Shown here: piece by piece, positions 1 through 13,093 of the stretch
Layout of the letters: each line of letters begins with the position of its first letter
Position numbering within the stretch: the first letter of the stretch is position 1
NCBI GenBank assembly: GCA_963575745.1
Contig: CAUYUJ010000292.1
Location: 372,001-436,000, forward strand
Reading direction: 5' to 3'
From: Prorocentrum cordatum
Taxonomy: Eukaryota
DNA length: 64,000 bases
The notes under the pieces: generated by a model
Database searches by the model: none
Told to the model about the DNA's origin: nothing
The model's input: only the letters and a program-made list of their open reading frames with translations
Position numbers and translations under genes: made by a program

Positions 1-633
1 TTAAGAGTTTACGACACTTGCAAGGGCTTTCGCGGCGAACATCCCACAGCTGATGTTTTGGCACGACCCAGAACTGCCAGGGCGGGACACGCTACGCCGA
101 AACTGATGGCCGCATGACTTTGAGTTCTCTCGCCGCGGGTCGGCTTCGGATGCTCCCAGTGGCCCGAGGCAGCGGCCCCTCGGAGGCCCAGGAAGGGGCA
201 AGGACCAGGAAGCCCGTCGTGAGTGCTTCTGCGACGCCTGGAGACCAGGGCCCACCCACCCTCTTCCTCCCTCCTCCAACTCCCCCTCTTTCTCCCCCTG
301 CTCCTCCTCCTCCTCCTCCTCCTCCTCCTCCTCCTCCTCCTCCTCCCCTCCTCCTCCTCCTCCTCCTCCTCCTCCTCCTCCTCCTCCTTTTTCTCCTCCT
401 CCTCCTCCTCCTCCTCCTCCTCCCCCTCCTCCTCCTCGTCCTCCTCGTCCTCCTCGTCCTCCTCGTCCTCCTCCCCCTTCGTCGAACTTCGTCCGTGGGC
501 CCAGCCCTGGAGCGCGCACCGACCAAAGATGTTCAGGGCGAGTCCAGCCGTGACGGCGAGGACGCTCCAGAAAGCCCATCAAGCGCTGAAGACCTCATGA
601 CCATCCCTCCTCCGATCCTCCTCATCATCAGTA

Positions 634-838
634 CAGTGGAGGCCAGGTCCACAAGAAACCTCCCACAAGAAGCTCAGCCCTGAGACCCCAGGGCGTCCAT
701 TGATTTTTGGTGTGGGAACGCCGCGCTTTCCACAGCAAGACCACCGAACCAGAGCCGGTAAACAAAGAGTCCTGTCGTTTCCAGGGCCCACTAAGCCCTG
801 GAGGCAAGCAGACTGTTTCTTGGCATGGGTCTCCACTG
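634..838. mobile_element. MITE family A (Tc1/mariner-like, TA TSD), uninterrupted copy
   Basis: TA|CAGTGGAGGCCAGGTCCACAAGAAAC ... GTTTCTTGGCATGGGTCTCCACTG|TA forms imperfect ~26-bp TIRs flanked by TA. Partial copies lie at about 7064-7090 and inverted at about 57334-57503. Confidence 0.8.
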
Positions 839-933
839 TAGATAACTCCTCCCTGGTGCACCTGCGAGGCCGGTCGAGAGGGCGGGCCTGGCGGGCCGCC
901 TGAGACGTCCTCACCAAATCTATAAGTCGCAAC

Positions 934-1193
<260 letters not shown>

Positions 1194-2484
1194 TTAGCCA
1201 GAGCGCCCCAGATCGGCGGCACTGGCCGGAGGCCAGCTCCATCTAGGAGTCGCAGCAGCTTCACGGCTGGCGGGCGGGCCGTTCTCAAAGATGTGGCGCT
1301 CGCCTCGGCGCCGCGCACAGCCATCTCCGACAGTTGCAAGAGCTTCGCGGGGGGAGGGCGGGGGCCGCTTTCAAAGAGGCGGCTTCTTCCGCCGCAGCGC
1401 CGCGCACATCCGCTCATGTGAAAACGCAGCAGTGCACGACATGGTGGGCGGGCCGTTTTTTTAAAGTAGCTCTCGACTTAGCGCCACGCAGATTCGCTTA
1501 AGACTTTACAGCAGTTCCACGGATTATCGTGATGAACGTCTCGCAGCTTGATGCTTTGCTGAAGTGCCGAACTGCAAGGGCGCAATGGTTACGTTGATCC
1601 CAGGAAGGGTGTTCTGGCATGATCCAGGCTCATGAAGACGCATTAGTAACCGTGATTCGAGGCGGTGCAATCCCTGGGATTGTGTCCTGGCGCAGCTCAA
1701 GATCTTCACACGGCCGTCTTCCAAGGGGACACCGCCTTCAGTGAAAACGGACCATCCTTCTAGGAGCCTGTGAAGCGGGAGCTTGAAGGGAGGGGTTCTC
1801 CTCCTCCTCCTCCCTTTCCTCTTCCTCCTGTTCCTCCTCCTCCTCCTCCTCCTCCTCCTCCTCCTCCCTCCACGGGCATCCGAGGTATGTTTTTTTGTCT
1901 ACATGGGCCTCTTGCTCTCTGGAGGCCTCCCAGATGATATCAGAGTCGACAGCGTCAGAAGATCGCACCGCATCGTCGACGCGTCGGTGCCATCGGCGTG
2001 CAAAAAAACGTGCTCACCATCGAGCCGCACTGCCGATGCATCCGCGGTCCTTCGACCCTATTCACGGTCGGACCCGGGACGTAATAAAGTCTCCCAAGAA
2101 CATGCGGCCCTCCGCCGGCCAAAACACACAGGACATCCAAGGGTACCCTCCCCACGGTGCACAAGCACATCGGACAGACACGGAGAACATGGGGGTCTGC
2201 TCCCCGAAAAGACCTCGATCTCATACCTCGGCCCGACCGTACTCGGACCCAACTTTTTCCGGCGAGCCTGGGGGGAAGTGGGAAAGAGAAGGCCTGGTCA
2301 GAAGGCTCAGTAGTCCCCCGGCCTTCTGAGAAGTTGCCTAAGCCTTCCCCCAAGACACAGACAAACTTCTGAGAAGGCGCGAGGGCTTCTGAGAAGTCCC
2401 GCCGCCTTCTGAGAAGGCCTTATCCTTCTCACTTCCCCTCCTCGCTCGCCGCCGAATTTTTCGAGGCCTAGACTCTCCCTCCTA

Positions 2485-2958
2485 CTCTGGGGAATCCGCC
2501 TGGCTCGGCGTGGACCCTCGCGTTTGCCGCGCACCGCGTCCCCGCGCAGGCCAAAGTTTTGGGGTCGACCCTCCTCGGCAGCGATCCTCGATCCTCGATC
2601 CTCGACCCTCGATCCTCGATCTTCGACCCTCGATCCTCGATCCTCGACCCTCGATCCTCGACCCTCGATCCTCGACCCTCGATCCTCGACCCTCGACCCT
2701 CAACCCTCGATCCTCGACCCTCGATCCTCGATCCTCTGGGGAATCCGCCCGGCCCGGCGTGTACCCTCCTCGGCGGCGATCCTCGATCCTCGACCCTCGA
2801 CCCTCACCCTCGATCTTCGACCCCCGACCCTCGGCCCTCGACCCTCGATCCTCGACCCTCGATCCTCGACCCTCGATCCTCGACCCTCGACCCTCGACCC
2901 TCGACCCTCGATGCTCGATCCTCTGGGGGAATCCGCCCGGCCCGGCGTGGACCCTCGC
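2485..2958 (+). repeat. Heptamer array (CCTCGAT/CCTCGAC)n punctuated by three copies of CTGGGGAATCCGCC..GGCGTG
   Basis: Seen directly. Confidence 0.9.
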
Positions 2959-3632
2959 TCTGGCGGCGGCCGGGGCCCGGCCGAGGCGGCGGCGTTGGGC
3001 ATGCCCGGCCCGAAGGGCGGCTGGCCCGGCCGCGGGGGCGGCGCTTTCCTGGGGCCGAGGGGGGCGCAGTGCGACGGGATCACGGTTGGCGGCGCGAGCA
3101 AGGGGGGAGGAGGAGGAGGAGGAGGAGGAGGAGGAGGAGGAGGAGGAGGAGGAGGAGGAGGAGGAGGAGGAGGAGGAGGAGGAGGAGGTGGAGGAGGAGG
3201 AGGAGGAGGAGGAGGAGGAGTCTGTCTGTCTGTGAGCGGCTGTGGGACGAGAGATCAGAATGACTGCTCCACTGACTGGTTTCGTGCCTCGGGAAGCTCA
3301 AGCTGTACCTACACGAGGGACCGAGCAGGCCGAGGGGACCGACCGAAGGGGCCGAACAGGAGGAGGCCACGAGCGACGGGCAGGGGCCACGAAGGGCGAG
3401 GGGCGAAGAGGGAGGCGAAAAGGAGCAGGGGGCCATCCTAAGCGTGCGTCCGCCGTCCGCACCCTTCGAGAGTGCGTCACACTGCCAGGTGCACGAGGCC
3501 GCGCTGCCGAAACTCAATGGCTACGGCGCGGTGCCCGCGCCCTCCGAACCCGAACTCTCTAGAGCCAGGCCTCAAAAATGATTCCATCTTCATCCTCGGC
3601 CTCTGAATTTGTCTCTGGGGCGCCTGCAACAC

Positions 3633-4315
3633 TCAGGCGTCCTTCAGCACATCGATCCAGGCCGAGATCTCGTCCTCGAGGTAACCACTCGGTGCTGCGC
3701 CCACCGTCGTCACTACTCCCATCGAGCGGAACGCTTCCATCACCTGCACCTCGAGGTCCACTCGGTCCAGCGCGAACACCACCTTCAGCATGTCGGGCTG
3801 CTTGCAGCTCTCCAGGCGGCACAGGCGAACGTAGGTGGGAGGCGCCTCCTCCATCTCGGCCAGTAGTGCGACCAGGACGTCTTTGAGCCTCTTGCCGATC
3901 TCCTCGTTCGCCAGCGCCTCGATCATGGCGCAGAAGACCGCAGGCGCTGGAGGGCCCAGGCCGCGGAGTCCCTCCATCATCCTGTCGGCCTCCAGGTCGA
4001 ACTGGCGGGCCGCTGCTCCGTCCGTGTCCTTCGCCGCCTTGGCCTGGTCCTTCAGCCTGCTGACCTCCGCGCGCTTCTGGTTCGCCACCTGCGCGAAGTC
4101 CTGGCCCTCCTGCTGCATCGCCTTGATCACAGGCGACTTGTCTTCCAGGATCGCTGTGCGCGTGGTGATGCCCCACATCGCTCGAGACCTCTGCGCCAAC
4201 TGCGACACCAGCATGGAGAGGTGCAGGAGGAGGTCCTTGAGGCCTGCGTCCTTCGTCGTGAGCTTGCGCTCCTTGGCCTCCGCGCGGCGCCGTCCGCCAC
4301 GACGTGTCTTCGGCT
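3633..4315 (-). pseudogene. LINE ORF1-like protein fragment, 5' end replaced by a (CCT)n tract
   Basis: About 227 clean codons with LGPPAPAVF and a C-terminal GAAPSGYLEDEISAWI, a pattern I associate with dinoflagellate non-LTR ORF1-like proteins (recalled, not searched). Confidence 0.55.
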
Positions 4316-4731
4316 GAGGAGGAGGAGGAGGAGGAGGAGGAGGAGGAGGAGGAGGGGGAGGAGGAGGAGGAGGAGGAGGAGGAGGAGGAGGAGGAGGAGG
4401 AGGAGGAGGACGAGGAGGAGGAGGAGGAGGAGAGAGGAGGAGGAGGAGGAGGAGGAGGAGGAGGTGCAGTGCCGAGGGGCAGGGGGAGGGGGGAAGGCTC
4501 CTTAGGAGGAGGCTGCTTCTTAGAAGGCGCCGGCCTTCCATCTACACATCGGACCCGCGCCTTCCAACAAGCCTGCCTCTGAGAGGCCTGACCCCCTCCC
4601 CCATACCGTTAGGTCGGGCATGTCCCCCTACAGGCGGATTTTGGACGAACAAATAAAACATACCCAAACCATATCCCCACATAGTACAACAAATCATCGA
4701 CACATCGTTCCCTGACTACTCGTTGACTATT

Positions 4732-6156
4732 TCCCAACCGTCCTGTGGTGTTGGGTCCTCGTTTTGAAGAGACGGTCCCCGCGTTCCTCTCCTCTTCTCC
4801 TCCTCCTCCCCCTCTCCTCCCCCTCGTCCTTCTTCAATGCGTTTCACCCACCCAGTACAGCGCTTCGTGACCCCATAGGGAGCTCGACCGAAGCCCCCAA
4901 TGGTACCGTCCACATGCATCCCCCACATCCAAATTGGCATTTTCACCCACCCAGTACAGCGCTTCGTTGCCCAATAGGGAGCCCCACCGAAGCCCCCAGT
5001 GGGACCGCCCGCATGTGCCCCAAACACCCAACTTGGCATTGTCACCCACCCAGCCCCCATAGGGAGCTCCACCGAGGCCCCCGGTGGGACCGCCCGCATG
5101 CGCCCCCCACACCCAATTTGGCATTTTCACCCACCCAGTACAACGCTTCGTGGCCCCATAGGGAGCTCCACCGAAGCCCCCAGTGGGACCGCCCGCATGC
5201 GTCCCCCACGCCCAATTTGGCATTTTCACCGACCCAGTACAGCGCTTCGTGACCCAATAGGGAGCTCCACCGAAGCCCCCAGTGGGGCCGCCCGCATGCG
5301 TCCCCCACACCCAATTTGGCATTTTCACCCACCCAGTACAACGTTTCGTGGGCCAATAGGGAGCCCCACCGAATCCCAGTGGGACCGCCCGCATGCGTCC
5401 CCCACACCCAATTTAGCATTTTCACCCACCCAGCACAGCGCTTCGTGGCCCCATAGGGAGCCCCACCGAAGCCCCCAGTGGGGCCGCCCGCATGCGTTTC
5501 CCACACCCAATTTGGCAGTTTCGCCCACCCTTTACAACGCTTCGCGGCCCCATGGGGAGCTCCACTGAAGCCCCCAATGGGACCGCCCGCATGCGTCCAC
5601 CATGCCCAATTTGGCATTTTCACCCACCCAGTACAACGCTTCGTGGCCCCATAGGGAGCTCCACCGAAGCCCCCAGTGGGACCGCCCGCATGCGTCCCCC
5701 AGAGTGAGCTCCACCGAAACCTCCAGTGGGACCGCCCGCATGCGTCCCCCACACCCAATTTGGCATTTTCGCCGACCCAGTACAGCGCTTCGTGGCCCCA
5801 TAGGGAGCCCCACCGAAGCCCCCAGTGGGGCCGCCCGCATGCGTCCCCACACCCAATTTGGCAGTTTCACCCACCCTTTACAACGCTTCGCGGCCCCATG
5901 GGGAGCTCCACTGAAGCCCCCAATGGGACCGCCCGCATGCGTCCCACACGCCTACTTTGGTATTTTCACCCACCCAGTGCAGCGTTTCGTGGCCTCAGAG
6001 GGAGCTTCACCGACGGCCCCAGTGCTACCGCCAGCATGCGCTCCCCCCCCCCCGCCCAGCGCAGCGCTTAGTGGCCCCATAGGGAGCTTCACCGAAGAAG
6101 GTATTCACAATTGCGGTACCCAAAACTTCATATGGTTGGGTCCTTCGCCAGGATAA
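4732..6156 (-). mobile_element. Helitron-like non-autonomous element carrying a ~99-bp satellite, inserted in MITE B
   Basis: The 5' end TTATCCTGGCGAAGGACCCAACCATATG is shared with the copy at 20518. The 3' end has hairpin CCCAAC-n11-GTTGGGA. No TSD; inserted between T residues of MITE B. Confidence 0.6.
4840..6095. repeat. Tandem satellite, ~99-bp unit, about 12 copies
   Basis: CGCATGC recurs at 5194 and 5293. Core CCCCATAGGGAGCTCCACCGAAG. Confidence 0.9.
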
Positions 6157-7793
6157 TCTTGAATATTCCTCCTGTAGAGGGGCATGCCCGACTTAACCAT
6201 ACCCCCCTCTGCGCGTGTCCGACACGTGTCGCCGCGCCGTTATTCTTCTCGAAGCCGCGCCCAAAAGGACGACGCCGACACCACGGCAAGCCCGCGAGAA
6301 AACAGCGGGGAGCCTTGCGCCTGAAGCGGCGTCTGCCCTGGTGGCCGAGGCGACCCCCCCGACATGTAGAACGGTGCGGTGCGACCAAGCCCTGCGTAAG
6401 ACGCACCCTGACACCAATAATCGGCCCTGGGTCAAGGGAGGAAAACCACTCACGACCCCGATAATTGGCGTTTTCAAAACGGCCCTGGGCGTTTACTGAA
6501 GGGGCCTGCCCTGTTCGATTCCGTCCTCGGGTGCGTTTACTGAACGCCTTCGGTTGTCGGGGTGCTTCTGACGCCGGGTTCCGAAACCCTGCACCAAAAC
6601 ACGCTTCCATCCTTGGGGGGGGGGCGCAGCTCTTCCTGCCGCCACCTTCCGCCAAGCTTCCGCCAGCGGAGGCGGCCTCGCACTCCTGCCGGTCGGAGGA
6701 TCGGGTCGCTCGCCGATGCATCGGCTATGCACCAGCGATGCATCGGCAACGTCGGCGATGCGTCGGCGCTGTCGGCGAGGAGACGGTCGGGCTCCATATC
6801 GAACCCCATCGCCGATGTATCGGCGACGCGGCGCGCTCCTCCGACCCCATCTGCTCGGACCCCATCCGGGAGGCCTAGATCATAACAGACCCCCCCCCCG
6901 CGTCGCGGAAACACGCGACGAGCGGGTTCTTGTTGCCGCTCTCGGCCTCTGTGGGGGCCCTCGCTGGGCCCCAGGGCCGTCAGAAAGCAGCTCGGGATGG
7001 AGAGCCAAGGGGAGGAGAAGCGAGGAGGAGAAGGAGGAGAAGCGAGGAGGAGGAGGAGGAGGAACTGTTTCTTGGCATGGGCCCCCACTGTCTTCGGCTC
7101 TGGCCCTGGGCCCCGAGCACTGCGCGTCAGGCGGGCGGGAGCCGCGCCCACGCGGCCGTCTGTGCCTCTGACTTTCCCGTTTTGCCGCGACGCCGGCGGG
7201 CCTGGGCCCCCGGGCACGTCCACTTCTCAAGGCCAGCCCGCGACGAGGCAACTCTGGCCGAACGAGGGCGCCCAAAGGACGAGACGTGTCGAACTACGGG
7301 AGGCGAGACCTCCTCCTCCTCCTCCTCCTCCCCCTCCTACTCCTCCTCAAACTCCACCTCCTCCTCATTTCTCCTCCTCCTCCTCCTCCTCCTCCTCCTG
7401 CTCCTCCTCCTCCCCCTCCTCCTCCTCCTCTCCTCCTCCTCTCTCTCCCTCCTCCTCCTCCTCCTCCTCCTCCTCTCCTCCTCCTCCTCCTCCTCCTCCT
7501 CCCCTCCTCCTCCGCCTCCTCCTCCTCCTCCTATCCTCCTCCTCCTCCTCCTCCTCCTCCTCCCCTCCTCCTCCGCCCTCCGCCCTCCTCCTCCTCCTCC
7601 TCCTCCTCCTCCTCCTCCTCCTCCTCCTCCCCCCCTCTATTTCTATGTCTATTTCACATGGCGGATGAGGTCGGTGACTCACCTCAGCCCACCAAAGTCC
7701 CACCCGCTGGGTGGCGCTCTCGGGGGCGCCAGCCACTTACGCCACCAGCGGGGGGAAAGAAAGCGGGGGAGGGGGAGGTGGGCCCGAGGGGCG

Positions 7794-10700
7794 TCAGCGG
7801 CGGGCCTGCCAGGCCGCCCGCCTCGCCTCCTTGGACACCACATCCTTCCTGCGGGGACGGTCCGCCTTCTCCGCCAGCCGTACGGGCGTGAGGTCGAACC
7901 GAGAAGCACACTCCGCCACACTCCACCGCTCCCCACACGACAACGACGACCACGCCCCCCACCTCCCACCTCCCAGGGCGAGATCGGCCGAAGACGTGGT
8001 GGCCAGCATGGCCACATCCACTGGGGCGGCTGGCCTCGTTGGGCCAGTTGTCCACCCTTGATCCTGAGGAGCCCTAGACGGAAAAACGCCCTTCACGACA
8101 CGGTTCGCCTGCCTCTTCAGGCCCACCCTGGGCAGGGTGCAGGGGCGGCGAGGGGCCTTCACCGCCCCCCAACTGTAACCCCCGCACTTAGTACACACGC
8201 AGACGGTGCCCCCATGAATCTCTTGCTCACCGTTAGGGCCAAACACAGTGGCCCTGCGGATCGAGTGATCAAGCACATTGATGGGGGCGACCGCTTCAGG
8301 ATGCTGCGGATCCGAAGGGACGAACTGCCGGACCCCAAAACTAACTCTCGGCACGGTCAGCTGCTGCAGGAAGGCGCGGTCCCGACAGACCCCCTGGGGG
8401 CCCGCGAGCTCGACGCCATCACGCCGCCTTCTGTCAGCCCTCCAGGCCTCATGCTCGCAAGCCCAGTGACCAGCTTGGCGCCCCACCGATTCGAACAGGC
8501 GGGGCTTCCGCTCAGCCTGGGCCACAGACGGATGGCATTGCACCCCGAGCCTCGCTGGGTGATCAGCCTCGTCGGAGCCTCTCTTGTGGAACGGGGTCGA
8601 CAGCGCCCGCCCAACCTTGACCCGCGACGAATTCGCTCGGGCCTTCACAACTGTAGGCGGCTCCCCATTGCGGAGATGGGAGGCCCGAGTCCAAAGGTGG
8701 GCACGGCTGCTCGCAGCACTGCACTCATACTCGGGTGACCTAGCCGCCCTGGAGGTGGCAGCGCAGTCAACAAAGCAACGCCTGAAGCTCCAGTGAAACT
8801 GGGCACCTGGGGTGGGCATGCTGCGCCGCGGGCTTCGACCGGCGAAATAACCGCGCGCGCAGAGCAGGGGGCAACTTCAGGCAACTCGATCGTTTTGCTT
8901 CGAACTTCCCCCCTGACCTGGCCGAAGGGCATGCCCGCGTTCCTGGCGGCGCCGGGGGTCGGGTAATGAAGGCGGAGCGGAGTTCTGGGGACTACAATAA
9001 ATTTCCGCGAGTAGTTGCGGCGGCGGCAGCAATCGCGCTGCCCCCCAGGGAAATCCAAACCTCGGGGGGGGGGGGGGGGGGAAGGGGGTCCAGATTGCAG
9101 CCAGCCAAGCAGTTCCCCAGAATCGTCATATGTCTGGGGCGCTCGAGGTCATCGAAGAGGGGGGGGGGGGGGGGCTTCCGCCGGTCTGCCAGCGCCGCAC
9201 CTCGAGGCTTTGAATGCTGAGACAGGACGGCGCGGTCGCCGAGCTGCCAATCGGCAGGCTCAGAGGCCTCTCGCATCAGATCCAGCGTCGCTTCAGCTTC
9301 GAGAAACAACTGAGGAGAGAGGGAGACAACGGCTCGATCGATCGAGGAAAGGGAGTTTGCGGGGCGGGGGAGCTGGGCGGGCAGATCGGCGGCGATCTCC
9401 GCCATTAGGCCCCCAAGAGAAAGTGCGCCAAACTCTCTCGCGATGATTTGCCCGCCCATCCTGCGACAGGCGTGCCTGGCGCAGCTCAGGGAAGAGATGC
9501 GAGTCGCTGGGCCTGTCCGAAAGGTTGAAGTCACCGATGGAGATCGCTGGTCATTCAAATCGGGAATGTGGATGTCTATGGTGCGGGCGGCAGATCCGTC
9601 GTTGGGTTGTCGATCGCGTGCGTTTGGGACCTTTCCTTGGCCTGTATCTCGTGGTCGGACTCGGGTATCTGGTCAGGCCCATGTCGCAATAGTTCTGCGC
9701 CCAGATGCCGCGGGGCCGCAATGGCCGCGCCGCCGATGTCAGGGCGGTCGCCCACGGCGGTGGAGATCTTATTCTCGCAGGGGTACGATCGGATGTAGTT
9801 CAGAAACAACCCGTGGGTGCCATGTACTTCTTGGAGGCAACGGAAGGGGCGATGCTCGATCCAGGATGCCAGTCGGGCGACCTTCTGGCGACGCTTGGTT
9901 TGGTTACGACGGATGAATGCTGCGGCGTTCCATGAAAGCTCTGCTGCCCCCAAGGTGCCAGATCCCATGTGCGCCATCGCGTGTCAGGAACGGCGCCAGG
10001 ATGACGTGTCCACCTCCTCGGAGAGCTGGTGGAACGCCTTGCTTACCGCGTCCTTGTCGACATTGAATCGCGCACCCGCTTGCGGTTTTCATGCGAGCTT
10101 CGACTGGTCATTGGGGGCAACTCCTGGAATGACCTCGGCAAACGGGAGACCGCCACTATATACCAGCCTGGCTGCTCGCCAGGACCACCATTCGCCAGTC
10201 GGTGCCATACGCTGAAGTACTTGCTGTACTTTCTTCGTTTCAACTCCTCGTCGATGTCGCTTGGGGTTGCGACCTGGTCCAATGCCAATGCTTGTCTTGT
10301 ACCCATTCGCTGCACTGTTGCTGACCTTGCGCCAGCGTCCCGTGCCGTTTCTCTGAGCATGAATGCGGGCACGTGCTCGACGGAGTCCTGCTTCGGCATC
10401 TGAGCAACGAAGACCGAGTTCTGTGCTTGGAATTTCATGTCCGATGGTCTCGAGCTGATCCTTCCGTACAATGGCCATGTCGAACCATTACGTGGGGCCT
10501 TCCATGAGCGCGGAGCTGCTGACCTCCATGTCGGTACTGCCGCTAAAGAGCTCTGGGTTGGTGGAGCGATCCCATGTCGCGAATCTAGCCACGTCCACAG
10601 CCCCCGACATCGCCGCACCTTCCGCCCTCGCCAGCGCTTGCTGCATGCGCTGCGCCTGTTGGCGTAAGTCCCTCTGCTCCGCCTCCAACGCCGAAGTGCG

Positions 10701-11089
10701 GTCTTGCGAGACTCTTATGTCGGCCTCGGCTGCTGAGACCCTGGCCACGATTGGGGCGAGCTGGAGCTGCATGATGCTGGCGAGCTCGTTCTGCGCGTTG
10801 GCCATTGTGGTGGCCATGGGCGAATCGATGAAGGACTGAAGATCCAATTGGATGGTGTTGAACTGGACGCCGATGGCGGTGGAGAGGCGCTGTTCGAACG
10901 GGGTGTCGGCGGTGTTGGGCGTTGCCGTGTCAGCAACTCCTGGTACTGCGGGCGCTGTACCACCGCCAGCATGTCCAGGAAGAGTCGGTGCTGCAGGTGG
11001 GCCACCTGCATGGGCTGCGCCGTCAGCTGCCATGCGGGGCTCGATTGTCCTGATGGCGGCGGTTTTCGAGGAGCCCTCGTGCGCTCCAC
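7794..11089 (-). mobile_element. Decayed non-LTR retrotransposon: ORF1, APE endonuclease, RNase H-like segment and C-terminal Cys motif; RT apparently missing
   Basis: ORF1 coiled coil at 10043-11033. APE motifs LSWNAAA / CLQEVHG / SSIDR at about 9200-9977. RAHLW..VVKARA..RGSDEADHPARLG (RNase H tail) and CTKCGGYS...C at 7794-8750. Multiple frameshifts. Confidence 0.7.
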
Positions 11090-13093
11090 GTGGAGGAAGA
11101 AGAGGATGAGAAGAAACGCGGGGTCATGAGGAGGATGAGTCAGCGGAGGTTAGCTCAATGCGCGATGGCCCCTGTCCGATTGTGTTCCTCCTCTCGCTCC
11201 TGGCTCTATGGCGACTGAAGTGGCCCGTCGGCGGAGCAACGCGACGAGACACCAGCGAGCGTTGAAGCGAGTCCTTATTTTCCTCCTCCTCCTCCTTTTC
11301 CTCCTCCTCCTCCTCCTTCCCATCCTCCGCCTCTTTCTCCTCCTCCCCATTCCCATTCTCCTCCTCCTCTTCCGCCTCCTCCTCCGCCTCCGTTTCCTCC
11401 TCCGCCTCGGCCGCCTCGTCCTTCGCCCCCTCCCACTTCCTCATCCTCCTGTTCCTCCTCCTCCTCATTATCCATCCCTTCTCCTTGTAGATCGATCCTC
11501 TCTGGCGCACCCCGAGGCCAGTCCAAAGGGCGGGCCGGACGTTTGGCTTAAGGCGTCCTCACCACTTTTCACACCCAAACAATGTTCAAAACTGGCGGTA
11601 GTTGCGCGGATGGACGGTAACCAGTTTTCAAAATGTGACCCTCGCCATTGCGCCGCGCACGGTGGAGGCCAGTCCACAAGAAACCTTCCACAAGAAACCC
11701 ATCCCTGAGACCCCAGGACATCCCCTGAGCTTTGGCGTGGGAGCGTCGCGCTTTCCATCGCAAAACCATCGACGTCCAGGAGGCCCAGGGCACCCTGGAG
11801 GCAAGCAGGGTGTTTTTTGCCCCAACGTTGGCCGAACGTGGCCCGAATTTTGCAGCCTGAAAAATAAGAAACAGGCGAGAGTGAGCAGCAGAAGGAGCGG
11901 GGGTGCGCAACGTGGTTGCCATGCAGAGAGGAGAAGCAGGGAAGGGAGGAAGGAGGAGGGGGCAGCGAGAGGAATGAAGGAAGGAGTGAAGGACGTGGGG
12001 CGCAATCTCTTTAACATGAGGTCCCAACACCACACGCCGGTTGGCAAGACTTCGCATGCGGCAAGGATGATCCGAACCGTTCAGACTCTACTTTGCGCAC
12101 GCAACGGGCACGCGCAGAACATGGCTTCGGCAACTGACGAAACTCGTGCCTTCCACACCTCTGCCCGCATCTGGGAAATCCATCGGGCGCGCGCGCGGCC
12201 GAATCAGCGCCCCTGCAGGCCGTCGCCTGACGAGTAGCCCGACAGGAAACGCGGACGGCAGGGAGGGGAGGAGGGCGGCAAGTGCGGTGCGGCATCTGCT
12301 CGATGGGGCGGGCAAGCGAAGCTGCAGAACGACACGTCGGCTTTTGGTGCGGCACTGGCGCAGACACCCCTTTCAAGACGCCGCCGCCAGATCGCACGAC
12401 GTCAGTCTGATGTCATATCGGCACCACGTGGAGAAGGAGAGGCAGGAAACAGAGGGAAAGAGGACCTCAAGTGGGTGTGCGTGCTTTGGGCACGAGTGGC
12501 GTCCTTCCCAGGGGGGGGGCGTGCCGCTTGCGCAGTCACATGGGCAGGTATGCGTGACACATCTAAATAAGAAGCAATATTTCTAGGCCATTGCTGGTCG
12601 GGGTATGGGCCTCACCGCCGCTAGTACAGTACTCGCAGTCAGAGGACACCTTCAGTGAGAGTATATATCGAACGACTTGCGTGTCGCATCGGGCCATGGC
12701 GCTTGGCAACCGCGAGGCGCTGCCCAGAAAGGGGGCAGCAGTACTACAATGGCAACGAAGGGTGGTCAGCAAAACTGGTGAGGCGATGGTGCGTCGGTTC
12801 TCCTCATGACAACTAGCCAAGAACAAACCTCCGCGGCCACATAACGTGTTTTAACGACGCTCAGCGACTTTGCGAGAAACGGCGACACGTCGCGAGGAGC
12901 AAGCTGGACTGCACTGCTAGATCTGCGCGCTGCAAAAGATAGATTGGAGGCTCGCATCAAGCCTCGACGTCAGCTGCCGCCCCTTGACCCTGTCATTCTG
13001 CTGCGGCTGTTCCCATTTTTGCATGTGGTCCATAAGCGAAGGAGGCGTAACTTTATACAACTTGGAAGTGGAACATGCGAGTTCCCGAAGAAC

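Noticed and set aside
3516..3527. Partial SL match GCCGTAGCCATT (minus strand)
   Set aside because: Only the 5' 12 nt match, the TTGGCTCAAG end is absent, and there is no downstream ORF or TSD.
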